Source of the DNA: Candidatus Firestoneibacteriota bacterium
GTDB lineage: Bacteria > Oederibacteriota > D2-FULL-39-29
Direction of reading: 5' to 3'
DNA length: 64,000 bases
NCBI GenBank assembly: GCA_026388015.1
Contig: JAPLKO010000047.1
Coordinates: 108,424-172,423 of the forward strand
This document shows, piece by piece, positions 9,742-19,559 of this stretch (position 1 is its first letter; each line of letters opens with the position of its first letter). Under the pieces are notes generated by a model. It ran no database searches. It worked only from the letters and a program-made list of their open reading frames with translations, and was not told the origin of the DNA. A program made the translations under genes and the position numbers.

Positions 9742-11100
9742 TTAAAATACTATATTCAGCACATCTCTTATATACTTCGCGCCTTCTACTTTTATTTTAT
9801 CTTTTATAATCAGTCCGTTCATATTAGACTGGGGGACGATGCACCTGGTAAAGCCAAGACGCACGGCTTCTTTAATTCTTTCCGTGACCTGAGATACTGC
9901 GCGAATCTCTCCTCCAAGTCCCACCTCGCCAAAACATACGGTTTTGGGCTCTGTCGGCACATCCCTGATACTCGAAGCTATAGCTACGATGACTCCGAGA
10001 TCGGCAGCGGGCTCATCTACAGAAACTCCGCCGGCAACATTCACAAAAATATCCTGATTGGCAAGATTAAAACCGCCTCGCTTTTCCAAAACGGCTGCAA
10101 GAAGCGTGAACCTGTTATAATCCAAGCCGCTGGCTCTTCTTTGAGGCATACCAAAGTAGGACGGAGAAACAAGCGCCTGAATCTCAACCAGAAAAGGCCT
10201 GGTACCTTCCATTGCGGCAATTATCACTGAGCCTGAAGTTTCGGCAGTGCGCTCTGCGAGAAAAAGAGCCGAGGGGTTTTCAACTTCCTTTAATCCGCCT
10301 TCTCCCATTTCAAATACTGCTATTTCATTGGCAGGACCAAACCTGTTTTTGTAGGATCTCAGCAGTCTAAAGTTATGGTTTTTATCACCTTCAAAGTAAA
10401 GTACTGTATCTACAAGATGTTCCAGAACTCTCGGTCCGGCAATAGCGCCGTCTTTGGTGACATGGCCCACCAGGAATATAGATACGCCGCTTCCTTTGCT
10501 TATGTACATAAGTTTTGTTGCATTCTCCCTGACCTGAGAAACACTCCCCGGAGCAGAAGGAATATCTTCGTTAAATATAGTCTGAATAGAGTCTATAATT
10601 ACAACCTTAGGTTTTGTTTCATAAATATGCTTCTCTATTACTTTAATATTTGTTTCCGAAACAAGAAATATATTTTTTGAGATAGCTTTCAAACGGGTTG
10701 CTCTCATCTTGATCTGAGAAATTGACTCTTCGCCGGATATATATAGTACAGAGCCGTACTTCTTACTGAGTTCGTTGCACATCTGAAGAACAAGAGTGGA
10801 TTTTCCGATTCCGGGCTCGCCTCCGATAAGAACCAGAGAGCCGATTACCAGCCCCCCGCCCAGCACCTTATTCAGTTCATTTATCCCGGTATTATACCTG
10901 TCTTCCTCTCTTGCTTCTATATCCGTAATTGCGGACACTTTACTGGTCTTCCCCGCTTCAAAGGTGTACTTTTGACTCTTTTCAGTCACGCTCTTCTCTT
11001 CAACAAAAGAGCTCCAGCTGTTACACTCCGGGCACTTTCCGAGCCAGCGAGCCGATTCATAGCCGCAGTGCTGGCAGACGTACTTTATTTTAGATTTCAT
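9742..11100 (-). CDS. radA: DNA repair protein RadA/Sms
   Basis: N-terminal C4 zinc finger CQHCGYESARWLGKCPECNSW, a RecA-like Walker A GGEPGIGKST, and a C-terminal Lon-like domain. Confidence 0.9.
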   Translation of the reverse strand: MKSKIKYVCQHCGYESARWLGKCPECNSWSSFVEEKSVTEKSQKYTFEAGKTSKVSAITDIEAREEDRYNTGINELNKVLGGGLVIGSLVLIGGEPGIGKSTLVLQMCNELSKKYGSVLYISGEESISQIKMRATRLKAISKNIFLVSETNIKVIEKHIYETKPKVVIIDSIQTIFNEDIPSAPGSVSQVRENATKLMYISKGSGVSIFLVGHVTKDGAIAGPRVLEHLVDTVLYFEGDKNHNFRLLRSYKNRFGPANEIAVFEMGEGGLKEVENPSALFLAERTAETSGSVIIAAMEGTRPFLVEIQALVSPSYFGMPQRRASGLDYNRFTLLAAVLEKRGGFNLANQDIFVNVAGGVSVDEPAADLGVIVAIASSIRDVPTEPKTVCFGEVGLGGEIRAVSQVTERIKEAVRLGFTRCIVPQSNMNGLIIKDKIKVEGAKYIRDVLNIVF

Positions 11101-11165
11101 TTTATCTTCCTTAATCTTATATTTTTTACTGTATTTTCACTTTTCTCACTTTAACAGCTTCTTAA

Positions 11166-12068
11166 TCATTTTTTCCAAAGTATTTTCCACGGGTTATCTT
11201 TTACGTCTTTAATAAAACTCCTCAAATCTTCTGCCATTTTTTTATCATTTATAAGGACTGCAAGCGTGCCGTCTCCTTTATCCACTTTTTTTGCGGCGGA
11301 ATCAAGAGAAGATATGGTTTCATCGAGCTTTACAGAGACTTTGTTGAAGTTCTCCATAGTCTTCGGCAAATCTGCTTTATTCACGTCTTTGATTATCGTA
11401 TTTAATTGGGCAGTCAATTCCTGCAGATTTTTTGTCGCTTGCGCAAGTTCGGAAGATGTTTTTTCAAAATTATCTACAGATCTTGTTATAGCAGGAGTGC
11501 TTTTTTCTACAATATTTCTTGTTGCCTTTGTAAGTTCATTAACATTTTGAACAGAACCAACAAGTGAACTTTCAACGCCGCTTACTATCTTATTTAGCGC
11601 ACCGAGCACTTCTTTTAACTCTGCCGAGGCTCTTGACATGCTTTCCAGCGCGGAATCTATACCCCCGGAACTTTTGCCGTATATTCTTTGCCCGGCCTCA
11701 AGATACGGCGCATTTCCGGTTCCACCGGAGATATTTACGAATTTTTCACCCATTACACCGGTTGAAGATATTGAGATGTAGCTGTCATTTCTTATTTTAA
11801 ATCCTTTCATTATAAAAAGTTCCACATTGTTTCTTATTACGTTATTATCTTCAATAAGTGTAAGCGAACTTACGTTACCTATGTTCACCCCTCCGCCGTA
11901 TTTCACCTTAGAGCGAGCCTTTAGGTCCGGAGCTGAATCAAACACAACATTGATTTTATAACCCTGACGAAAAAAAGTAAATCCGCCGATATATATTGTC
12001 CCTGCAAGAAGTATTCCCGCTGCAACAATGGTAAATATTCCCACTTTCACTTCATTTGATAAAGACAT
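11166..12068 (-). CDS. mlaD: MlaD-like MCE-domain protein (outer-membrane lipid asymmetry system substrate-binding component)
   Basis: N-terminal TM anchor followed by an MCE domain (YKINVVFDSAPDLKARSKVKYGGGVNIGNV) and a long coiled-coil C-terminus. It lies immediately downstream of mlaE and mlaF. Confidence 0.75.
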   Translation of the reverse strand: MSLSNEVKVGIFTIVAAGILLAGTIYIGGFTFFRQGYKINVVFDSAPDLKARSKVKYGGGVNIGNVSSLTLIEDNNVIRNNVELFIMKGFKIRNDSYISISSTGVMGEKFVNISGGTGNAPYLEAGQRIYGKSSGGIDSALESMSRASAELKEVLGALNKIVSGVESSLVGSVQNVNELTKATRNIVEKSTPAITRSVDNFEKTSSELAQATKNLQELTAQLNTIIKDVNKADLPKTMENFNKVSVKLDETISSLDSAAKKVDKGDGTLAVLINDKKMAEDLRSFIKDVKDNPWKILWKK

Positions 12069-12087
12069 ACTCCCTCCCCGAAAAAGA

Positions 12088-12131
12088 TTCCACTTCCGCC
12101 AGTTATATCAGGCGGATCTTTTGATGAGATT
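12088..12131. repeat. Copy 1 of a 44-bp leader motif TTCCACTTCCGCCA(G/A)TTATAT(C/T)AGGCGGATCTTTTGATGAGATT containing a CCGCC-N10-GGCGG hairpin. It sits in the mlaD 5' leader.
   Basis: Near-identical (about 41 of 44 nt) to 28250..28293, by direct comparison of the sequence. Confidence 0.7.
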
Positions 12132-12207
12132 ACCAATACATGTTTCTGTCTATATTTTTATGCCCTACATCTGCTCTTCTTCCCTGCAGCGCTTTCGCAC
12201 CACTGCT

Positions 12208-12957
12208 TTATCCGAGCATTTGTATCGGTCCCTTTGCGCTACCGTTTATAAACTGCTTTACCGTTTCGTCTTTTGTTTTCTTTATCTCGGAAGGCGTACC
12301 CTCGTGAATTATCCTGCCTTCATACATCATAGCTATCTTATCACCTACTAAATAAGCGCTTTTCATATCATGCGTAACGACCACGCTCGTCATCTTCAGC
12401 TTTTTTTGGAGCTCTACTATCAGTTCATTTATAACATCCGACATTATAGGATCCAGACCTGTAGTCGGCTCATCATAAAGCATAATCTCCGGATCCATCG
12501 CAATAGCTCTGGCAAGCCCCACTCTTTTTTTCATGCCGCCGGAAAGCTCCGCCGGTTTTTTATCCTCTACATTTTCCAGACCCACAAGCGCCAGTTTCTC
12601 TTTAACCAATTTTTTTATCTCGGAGGGCCTCTTCCTTGTAAAGCGCGTCAGGGCAAACCCCACGTTTTCCGCAACAGTAAGAGAATCAAAAAGCGCCGCG
12701 CTTTGAAAAAGCATCCCGAAGTGCTTTCTTATATCATCAAGTTCGACGGTATCCATTTTTGCAATATCTCTGTCCTTGACCAGAATCTTTCCTGAATCCG
12801 GTTTTAATAAACCAATCATATGTTTTAGTAGTACACTCTTACCGCAACCGCTTCTGCCTATGATGACAACAGTTTTTTTATCCGGAATCTCAAGAGAAAG
12901 CCCATTCATCACTTTATGTGAACCAAAATGTTTTGAGACGTTAACTATTTTTATCAT
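12208..12957 (-). CDS. mlaF: ABC transporter ATP-binding protein, MlaF-like
   Basis: Walker A GRSGCGKS, ABC signature LSGGMKKRVGLARA and Walker B MLYDEPTTGLD. Confidence 0.8.
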   Translation of the reverse strand: MIKIVNVSKHFGSHKVMNGLSLEIPDKKTVVIIGRSGCGKSVLLKHMIGLLKPDSGKILVKDRDIAKMDTVELDDIRKHFGMLFQSAALFDSLTVAENVGFALTRFTRKRPSEIKKLVKEKLALVGLENVEDKKPAELSGGMKKRVGLARAIAMDPEIMLYDEPTTGLDPIMSDVINELIVELQKKLKMTSVVVTHDMKSAYLVGDKIAMMYEGRIIHEGTPSEIKKTKDETVKQFINGSAKGPIQMLG

Positions 12958-12960
12958 TTT

Positions 12961-13740
12961 TTACCAGAGAAACGCAGTCAAAATATAATCCGTGACCAGA
13001 ATAAGCATAGAAGAGATTACCACTGAAGCAGTCGTTGATTTACCCACGCCTTCAGCCCCGCCTTCGGTTTCAAAACCTTTATGACAGCCGACAACCGCAA
13101 TTATTGCGCCAAAGAAAACTGTTTTAAATATACCTTTAAAAACATCATCCAAACGCATGTACATATTCAGACTTTCGAAGTAACCGCCGGACGTGCCGTC
13201 AAAGATATTTAAACTGATAAAAAGCCCGCCGAGGGTCCCGAGCAGGTCTGCATATATGGTAAGCACCGGCAGCATAACAAGCGCAGCTATAAATCTTGGA
13301 ACCGCCAGGTATTTCACGGGATTGGTCGCCATTGTTTTTAAAGCATCCACCTGTTCCGTAACCGCCATAGTGCCTATCTCCGCAGCTATTGCCGAGCCTA
13401 TTTTTCCCGCCATTACCAAACCTATCAAAACCGGCGCCAGCTCTCTGGTAAGAGCCAGTGAAACAATACCTCCAAGCATATTTGCCGCTCCGGAAATCTT
13501 CCTTTCAATAGCGGTTCCCGTCTGCAAGGCCAGTATCATACCGGTTGAAAGCGAAGTAATAGTCACTACCGCCAGGGATTTGTTCCCTATTATTACCATC
13601 TGTTCAAAAACACTCTTAATTTCCGACGGTTTTTTAAACGTCCAGTAAAACACCTGTCCGAACAAAAGCGTGAGCCTTCCTGCTTCGAAAAGGAATCCCG
13701 TAACTTTTCTGCCTATGTATTCAAAACTATTTTGAATCAA
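12961..13740 (-). CDS. mlaE: ABC transporter permease, MlaE-like
   Basis: 259 aa polytopic permease with the typical MlaE/YrbE length, positioned next to mlaF. Confidence 0.8.
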   Translation of the reverse strand: MIQNSFEYIGRKVTGFLFEAGRLTLLFGQVFYWTFKKPSEIKSVFEQMVIIGNKSLAVVTITSLSTGMILALQTGTAIERKISGAANMLGGIVSLALTRELAPVLIGLVMAGKIGSAIAAEIGTMAVTEQVDALKTMATNPVKYLAVPRFIAALVMLPVLTIYADLLGTLGGLFISLNIFDGTSGGYFESLNMYMRLDDVFKGIFKTVFFGAIIAVVGCHKGFETEGGAEGVGKSTTASVVISSMLILVTDYILTAFLW

Positions 13741-14108
13741 AATATACCTTTTACCAGCTCTATTTCGTTATTTCCGCCGTTCACCTTTATACCTACCGCG
13801 TCAAACCTTATCTTTTCATTTCCGAGCCTATTAACCGAGATATAATGCGCGGCAGAGCTTTCTATATGTTCCATCTTTTTCTTGCCTATAGTGTCGAAGG
13901 GGGACTCGGCTTTTGCTTTAGCTATTGTCTTTACTTCTATAAAACACCAGATTTTATTTTCTTTTGCAATAATATCTATCTCGCCGTAACGGCATTTAAA
14001 GTTACGGGCTATAATCTCATACCCGTTCTTTTTTAGATAGTTGACGGCTAAAGCTTCACCGCTATCCCCTAGAAGTTTTTTCCAAAACATTTTCTGTGTA
14101 TTCTGCAT
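13737..14108 (-). CDS. yraN: YraN-family (UPF0102) endonuclease-like protein
   Basis: GDSGEALAVNYLKKNGYEIIARNFKCRYGEIDIIAKE...FIEVKT is a PD-(D/E)xK YraN signature. The true start is probably the internal Met at about 14090. Confidence 0.75.
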   Translation of the reverse strand: MQNTQKMFWKKLLGDSGEALAVNYLKKNGYEIIARNFKCRYGEIDIIAKENKIWCFIEVKTIAKAKAESPFDTIGKKKMEHIESSAAHYISVNRLGNEKIRFDAVGIKVNGGNNEIELVKGIF

Positions 14109-14704
14109 CTGCCGTGTTTCCTTATTGCCGCAATATGTTCCTTTGTCCCGTAACCTTTGTGCCGGGCAAAACCATACATAGGAAATTCCTTATCATACTC
14201 AACCATTATAGCATCTCTTTTTACTTTTGCAATAATGGAAGCGGCGGCAATTAAAAATGATTTGGCATCCCCTCCAATTATTGTCTTTTGCGGTAAAGCG
14301 GTGTCAAGCTCGTACTGTCCATCTATCAAAAGAGTCTCCGGAGAAACAGAAAGGGAGGTCACGGCAAGCTCCATAGCCTTCAAGGAAGCCCGGAGAATAT
14401 TTATCCGGTCTATTTCTTTTTCATCCAGAACTCCAAAAGCAAAAGCATCGGCTTGTTCCATTATTATTACGGATAATTTTTCCCGGAGGGAGGGTTTCAC
14501 TTTTTTTGAATCATTTACACCGAAAAACATTGAAAGGTCTTGCAATTTCTCTTTGCTAAAAACTACTGCGGCGGCAATTACGGGGCCTGCGAGAGGCCCC
14601 CTGCCTACTTCATCAACTCCAGCCAGGATCTTTTTTCCGGATCCAAAGAGGGAGTTTTCAATATTAAGTAATTGTGTTAGACGCTCCTGCTCACTTTGCG
14701 GCAT
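14069..14704 (-). CDS. rnhB: Ribonuclease HII
   Basis: AGVDEVGRGPLAGPVIAAAVV is the RNase HII catalytic motif. Confidence 0.9.
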   Translation of the reverse strand: MPQSEQERLTQLLNIENSLFGSGKKILAGVDEVGRGPLAGPVIAAAVVFSKEKLQDLSMFFGVNDSKKVKPSLREKLSVIIMEQADAFAFGVLDEKEIDRINILRASLKAMELAVTSLSVSPETLLIDGQYELDTALPQKTIIGGDAKSFLIAAASIIAKVKRDAIMVEYDKEFPMYGFARHKGYGTKEHIAAIRKHGRCRIHRKCFGKNF

Positions 14705-15095
14705 CTGCGGTAGCAGCAGCCTTAGGAACCTCTGCCTTGGGTTCTTCCGCCGGAAGAGCCATAAGCGTAAGATCTTCTTTAAGCTTTGAACCTTTGCCCA
14801 CTTTATCTCTAAGATAAAACAGCTTCGCCCTTCTGGTTCTTCCGCTTTTTATTACTTTTACGGTTGCAACAGCGTGGGAATGAAATAAAAACGTCCTTTC
14901 AATAGCTATCCCGCCTGTTACTTTTCTAACTTTAAAAGTTTTATTCAGCCCTTCTCCTCTGATGCTAAGCACCAGACCTTCAAAGGACTGTATTCTTTCC
15001 TTGTCGCCTTCTTTAATGCGAACACCGAGTTTTATCTCGTCCCCGACTCTGAACTCCAGATGATCTTTTCTTTTAAACTTTTCTAACCAATTCAT
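14691..15095 (-). CDS. rplS: 50S ribosomal protein L19 with an Ala/Lys/Pro-rich C-terminal tail
   Basis: Matches the L19 consensus FRVGDEIKLGVRIKEGDKERIQSFEGLVLSIRGEG. Extra C-terminal tail PAEEPKAEVPKAAATADAAK. Confidence 0.9.
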   Translation of the reverse strand: MNWLEKFKRKDHLEFRVGDEIKLGVRIKEGDKERIQSFEGLVLSIRGEGLNKTFKVRKVTGGIAIERTFLFHSHAVATVKVIKSGRTRRAKLFYLRDKVGKGSKLKEDLTLMALPAEEPKAEVPKAAATADAAK

Positions 15096-15111
15096 TTTAA
15101 CTGTTCCCCCT

Positions 15112-15795
15112 TCAAATATTTGTCTTTTCTTTTAATAAATCCGGTCTTTTCTCTTTTGTAAGTTTTAGCGCTTCTTCGCTTCTCCATTTGGCAATAGCTT
15201 TATGGTTGCCCGAAAGAAGGACCTCCGGTACTTTTTTTCCTTTGTAATCCGCAGGGCGTGTGTAATGCGGGTAATCAAGAAAATCCGCCATAAAAGATTC
15301 GTTTTTGGCAGACTCTTTATTCCCGAGAACCCCGGGGAGAAGCCGCACAACCGCGTCTATAACAACAAGCGCCGGTACTTCTCCGCCGGTCAGGACGAAA
15401 TCTCCGATGGAAACTTCTTCGTCGATATAATCCTTAACCCGCTCGTCAAACCCTTCATAATGCCCGCAAACCAATATCAGATTCTTTTTTTTGGCAAGCT
15501 TGATTGCCATCTTTTGATCAAACTTCTTGCCTGCCGGTGTTAGCAGTATTTTAAAACCTTTTTTCTTTTTTTCTATACTCTTTAAACACTTGGCAATCGG
15601 CTCCACCTTCATAACCATTCCCGCTCCGCCGCCGTACGGCGCGTCATCTGTGGTATTATGTTTATCTTCTGCGTAATCTCTTAAATTATTAACTGTTACT
15701 CTTAACTTCCCTTTTTTGACGGCTCTTTTTAGAATGCTTGAATTAAGCACAGAGTCAAACATTGAAGGAAATATTGTAATTATGTCAACATGCAT
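15112..15795 (-). CDS. trmD: tRNA (guanine37-N1)-methyltransferase
   Basis: MHVDIITIFPSMF...GGGAGMVMK...VCGHYEGFDERV are the TrmD signatures. Confidence 0.9.
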   Translation of the reverse strand: MHVDIITIFPSMFDSVLNSSILKRAVKKGKLRVTVNNLRDYAEDKHNTTDDAPYGGGAGMVMKVEPIAKCLKSIEKKKKGFKILLTPAGKKFDQKMAIKLAKKKNLILVCGHYEGFDERVKDYIDEEVSIGDFVLTGGEVPALVVIDAVVRLLPGVLGNKESAKNESFMADFLDYPHYTRPADYKGKKVPEVLLSGNHKAIAKWRSEEALKLTKEKRPDLLKEKTNI

Positions 15796-16037
15796 TAAGC
15801 TGTTTTGGTATTCTTAAGAAGCTTTAATACGGTGTTAGACGGTTTCGCGCCTTTCTTTACCCAGGCCTCAACCTTGACTCTGTCGATGATCAAACCTTTA
15901 ACCCTGTCAAACGGGTTATAGCTTCCGAGTATTTCAATATTTCTTCCGTCTCTTGGAAAAGTATTTTCGGCAACAACAATTCTATATCTGGGCTTCTTAG
16001 TAGTTCCCGTTCTTACCATTCTGATCACTGTAGACAT
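15795..16037 (-). CDS. rpsP: 30S ribosomal protein S16
   Basis: MSTVIRMVRTGTTKKPRYRIVVAE. Its stop overlaps the trmD start by 1 nt. Confidence 0.9.
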   Translation of the reverse strand: MSTVIRMVRTGTTKKPRYRIVVAENTFPRDGRNIEILGSYNPFDRVKGLIIDRVKVEAWVKKGAKPSNTVLKLLKNTKTA

Positions 16038-16124
16038 TTAATAACTCCTCCCAACTTAAAGAAAATTTACAAATTACAAGTGACAATCCTTAATACATTG
16101 TGTTTTGTCCTTTATAATTTGTCA

Positions 16125-17267
<1,143 letters not shown>

Positions 17268-17448
17268 TTATCTAACCGCAGATAAACAGACGCAGTTTTC
17301 TTGTTTAAGTTATTAATTTCGGAAGTATTACAAACAACTAATTCTAACATAAATAGCAGCGAAAACAAAGATTATTACAAAAACGTCATAATATTTACAG
17401 ATACACATTTACCTATAACTTTTGACGGCGGCATCATCCAATTTTTTC

Positions 17449-17477
17449 TATAAAAAACAAGTTATCTGTGGTAAAAT
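17449..17477 (+). promoter_or_regulatory. Candidate promoter for dgt (extended -10 TGgTAAAAT)
   Basis: TGTGGTAAAAT ends about 45 nt upstream of the dgt ATG. A GGAGA RBS is at 17511. The -35 is weak. Confidence 0.35.
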
Positions 17478-17522
17478 GTTTATGTTGTTTAAGTAAAACC
17501 CCGGATTTCACGGAGAAAGCCA

Positions 17523-18695
17523 ATGAAAGTGGAGTTACAGACCAGAGAGCAGTTCGAAAAAGCAGAGTACAAATTTCTTGCTCCTTATGCGATGAAAAGC
17601 GGAGATTCTCAAGGCCGTGAACATACTGAGTCTGAGCACAATCTGCGTTCTGCTTTTCAAAGGGACCGGGACAGAATAATTCATTGTAATGCTTTTCGCC
17701 GTCTTGAATATAAAACTCAGGTTTTTGTTATCCACGAGGATGATTATTTCAGAACCCGCTTGACCCACACCATCGAAGTGGCTCAGGTAGCCCGCTCACT
17801 TGCCCGCAATCTCCGGTTAAACGAAGATCTTACTGAAGCAATAGCGCTTGCACACGACCTGGGACATACACCTTTTGGGCATTCAGGAGAGGAAGTATTA
17901 AACAGACTAATGAAAGCTCACGGAAAGTTTGAGCATAATAAGCAGAGTCTCCGAATTGTTACAAAACTGGAAAAACGCTATCCCTCTTTTGACGGTCTGA
18001 ATCTTACTTATGAAGTTATCGACGGATTAGACAAACACAGGTCTGATTATGACCAAACGGAAATTTCAGGCAAGGCCATGACCTCCATGGAAGCTCAAAT
18101 AGTAAATCTTTCCGACGAGATTGCGTATCACACTCACGATCTGGACGACGGGATAAAATCAAAATTAATTAACATAAAGGATTTAAATGAAATAGCCATC
18201 TGCAAAGAACTTTTATGTAAAATAGACGCAAAAGAAGATGAGGTAAGAAGATATGAGCTGGTAAAATTGCTCATTAACTATTTTTGCAGGGATCTGATTA
18301 AACAGACCTTGTTCAATCTGAATAAATACAGTATTAACAGTATCTCCGATGTTGAGAAAGCAAAAAGCAAGATTGTTTCCTTTTCCGGAGAAATGAATAA
18401 AAAGAAAAAAGAGCTCCGGGAGTTTCTGTTTACGAACCTGTACAAACATCACCGGGTGGTAAGAATGGAGGTAAAGCATCAAACTATCCTCGAAGAATTA
18501 TTCGGGAAATATGTCAAATTTTTTGAGCATAACCCCGCTAAGGGGAAATACAGTATGCTGCCTTTAGAAATAAGAAGCAGAGTGTCAAAGGAAGACAGCA
18601 AGTTCAGGGTAATCTGCGACCATATAGCCAATATGACGGACAGATACGCCCTGGACGAACACAAAAAACTATTCGACCCCTCAGAAAAGGTATAA
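17523..18695 (+). CDS. dgt: dGTP triphosphohydrolase-like HD-domain protein
   Basis: RDRDRIIHCNAFRRLEYKTQVF...RLTHTIEVAQVARSL...AHDLGHTPFGHSGE is a dGTPase signature. Confidence 0.85.
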   Translation: MKVELQTREQFEKAEYKFLAPYAMKSGDSQGREHTESEHNLRSAFQRDRDRIIHCNAFRRLEYKTQVFVIHEDDYFRTRLTHTIEVAQVARSLARNLRLNEDLTEAIALAHDLGHTPFGHSGEEVLNRLMKAHGKFEHNKQSLRIVTKLEKRYPSFDGLNLTYEVIDGLDKHRSDYDQTEISGKAMTSMEAQIVNLSDEIAYHTHDLDDGIKSKLINIKDLNEIAICKELLCKIDAKEDEVRRYELVKLLINYFCRDLIKQTLFNLNKYSINSISDVEKAKSKIVSFSGEMNKKKKELREFLFTNLYKHHRVVRMEVKHQTILEELFGKYVKFFEHNPAKGKYSMLPLEIRSRVSKEDSKFRVICDHIANMTDRYALDEHKKLFDPSEKV

Positions 18696-18806
18696 GCAAG
18701 ATATTTGCGAATGGCAATTTAAGATCAGGTGTGATGATTTCCGTCAAGCACAACAATAGACACCTCAGTGAAAACTTTTTGAATGCGCTTTTATAAAGGA
18801 GAATAA

Positions 18807-19463
18807 ATGATAGCAAATATAACTGCTGAAACAGCAGGAACAAGCGCAGGTCTTATAGGAAAATTAATAGGGTTTTTGGCAACTTTTATAATTGCAGGTA
18901 TTTCGACTATGGGGTACTCCGGAATAGTTTTAATGATGGCTATAGAGTCGGCGTGTATTCCGCTTCCCTCTGAAATAATAATGCCTTTTTCCGGTTACCT
19001 GGTGGCAAAAGGGCAATTCACTCTTTTTTGGGTTTCTTTTGCAGGGGCTCTTGGCTGTTTAGCCGGTTCCATCCCGACCTATTTTGTCGGTCTCTACGGA
19101 GGCAGGCCGTTGCTTGAGAAGTACGGAAAATATGTCCTTATATCAAAACACGACATGGAAATAGCCGATAAATTCTTCGCGAAGTACGGAGATCTGGCAA
19201 CTTTTATAAGCAGACTTCTTCCGGTTGTACGGACATTTATTTCTCTTCCTTCGGGAATTGCTAGAACTAACTTCCCTAAATTCTGTTTTTATACTTTTAT
19301 CGGCTCTTTTATCTGGTGCTGGTTTTTGGCCTGGATCGGTGTAAAAATGGGAGAGAACTGGAATACTCTCGGCGTTTATTTTCACAGATTTGACGCAGTT
19401 ATCGGCATTATAATCCTTGCCGGAACTGTCTGGTATGTAAGAAGACACCTTAAGCAAAAATGA
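18807..19463 (+). CDS. dedA: DedA/SNARE-associated family membrane protein
   Basis: Conserved LPVVRTFISLPSGIARTNFPKF region with four or five TM helices. Confidence 0.8.
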   Translation: MIANITAETAGTSAGLIGKLIGFLATFIIAGISTMGYSGIVLMMAIESACIPLPSEIIMPFSGYLVAKGQFTLFWVSFAGALGCLAGSIPTYFVGLYGGRPLLEKYGKYVLISKHDMEIADKFFAKYGDLATFISRLLPVVRTFISLPSGIARTNFPKFCFYTFIGSFIWCWFLAWIGVKMGENWNTLGVYFHRFDAVIGIIILAGTVWYVRRHLKQK

Positions 19464-19559
19464 AAGTACGAAGTACAATATTAGGAGATATCATGCCCCG
19501 CCATATATTGTCATTTGTTGTTCGTAATTTGTAATTATCTTTATACTTAGGAAGGTATT

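Noticed and set aside
9703-10230. 175-aa ORF on the plus strand
   Set aside because: Lies entirely antisense within radA. Low-complexity, Arg/Ser-rich translation and no RBS. It is a shadow ORF of a well-supported gene.
13193-13648. 151-aa plus-strand ORF
   Set aside because: Antisense within the mlaE permease.
14157-14789. 210-aa plus-strand ORF
   Set aside because: Antisense to rnhB and rplS.
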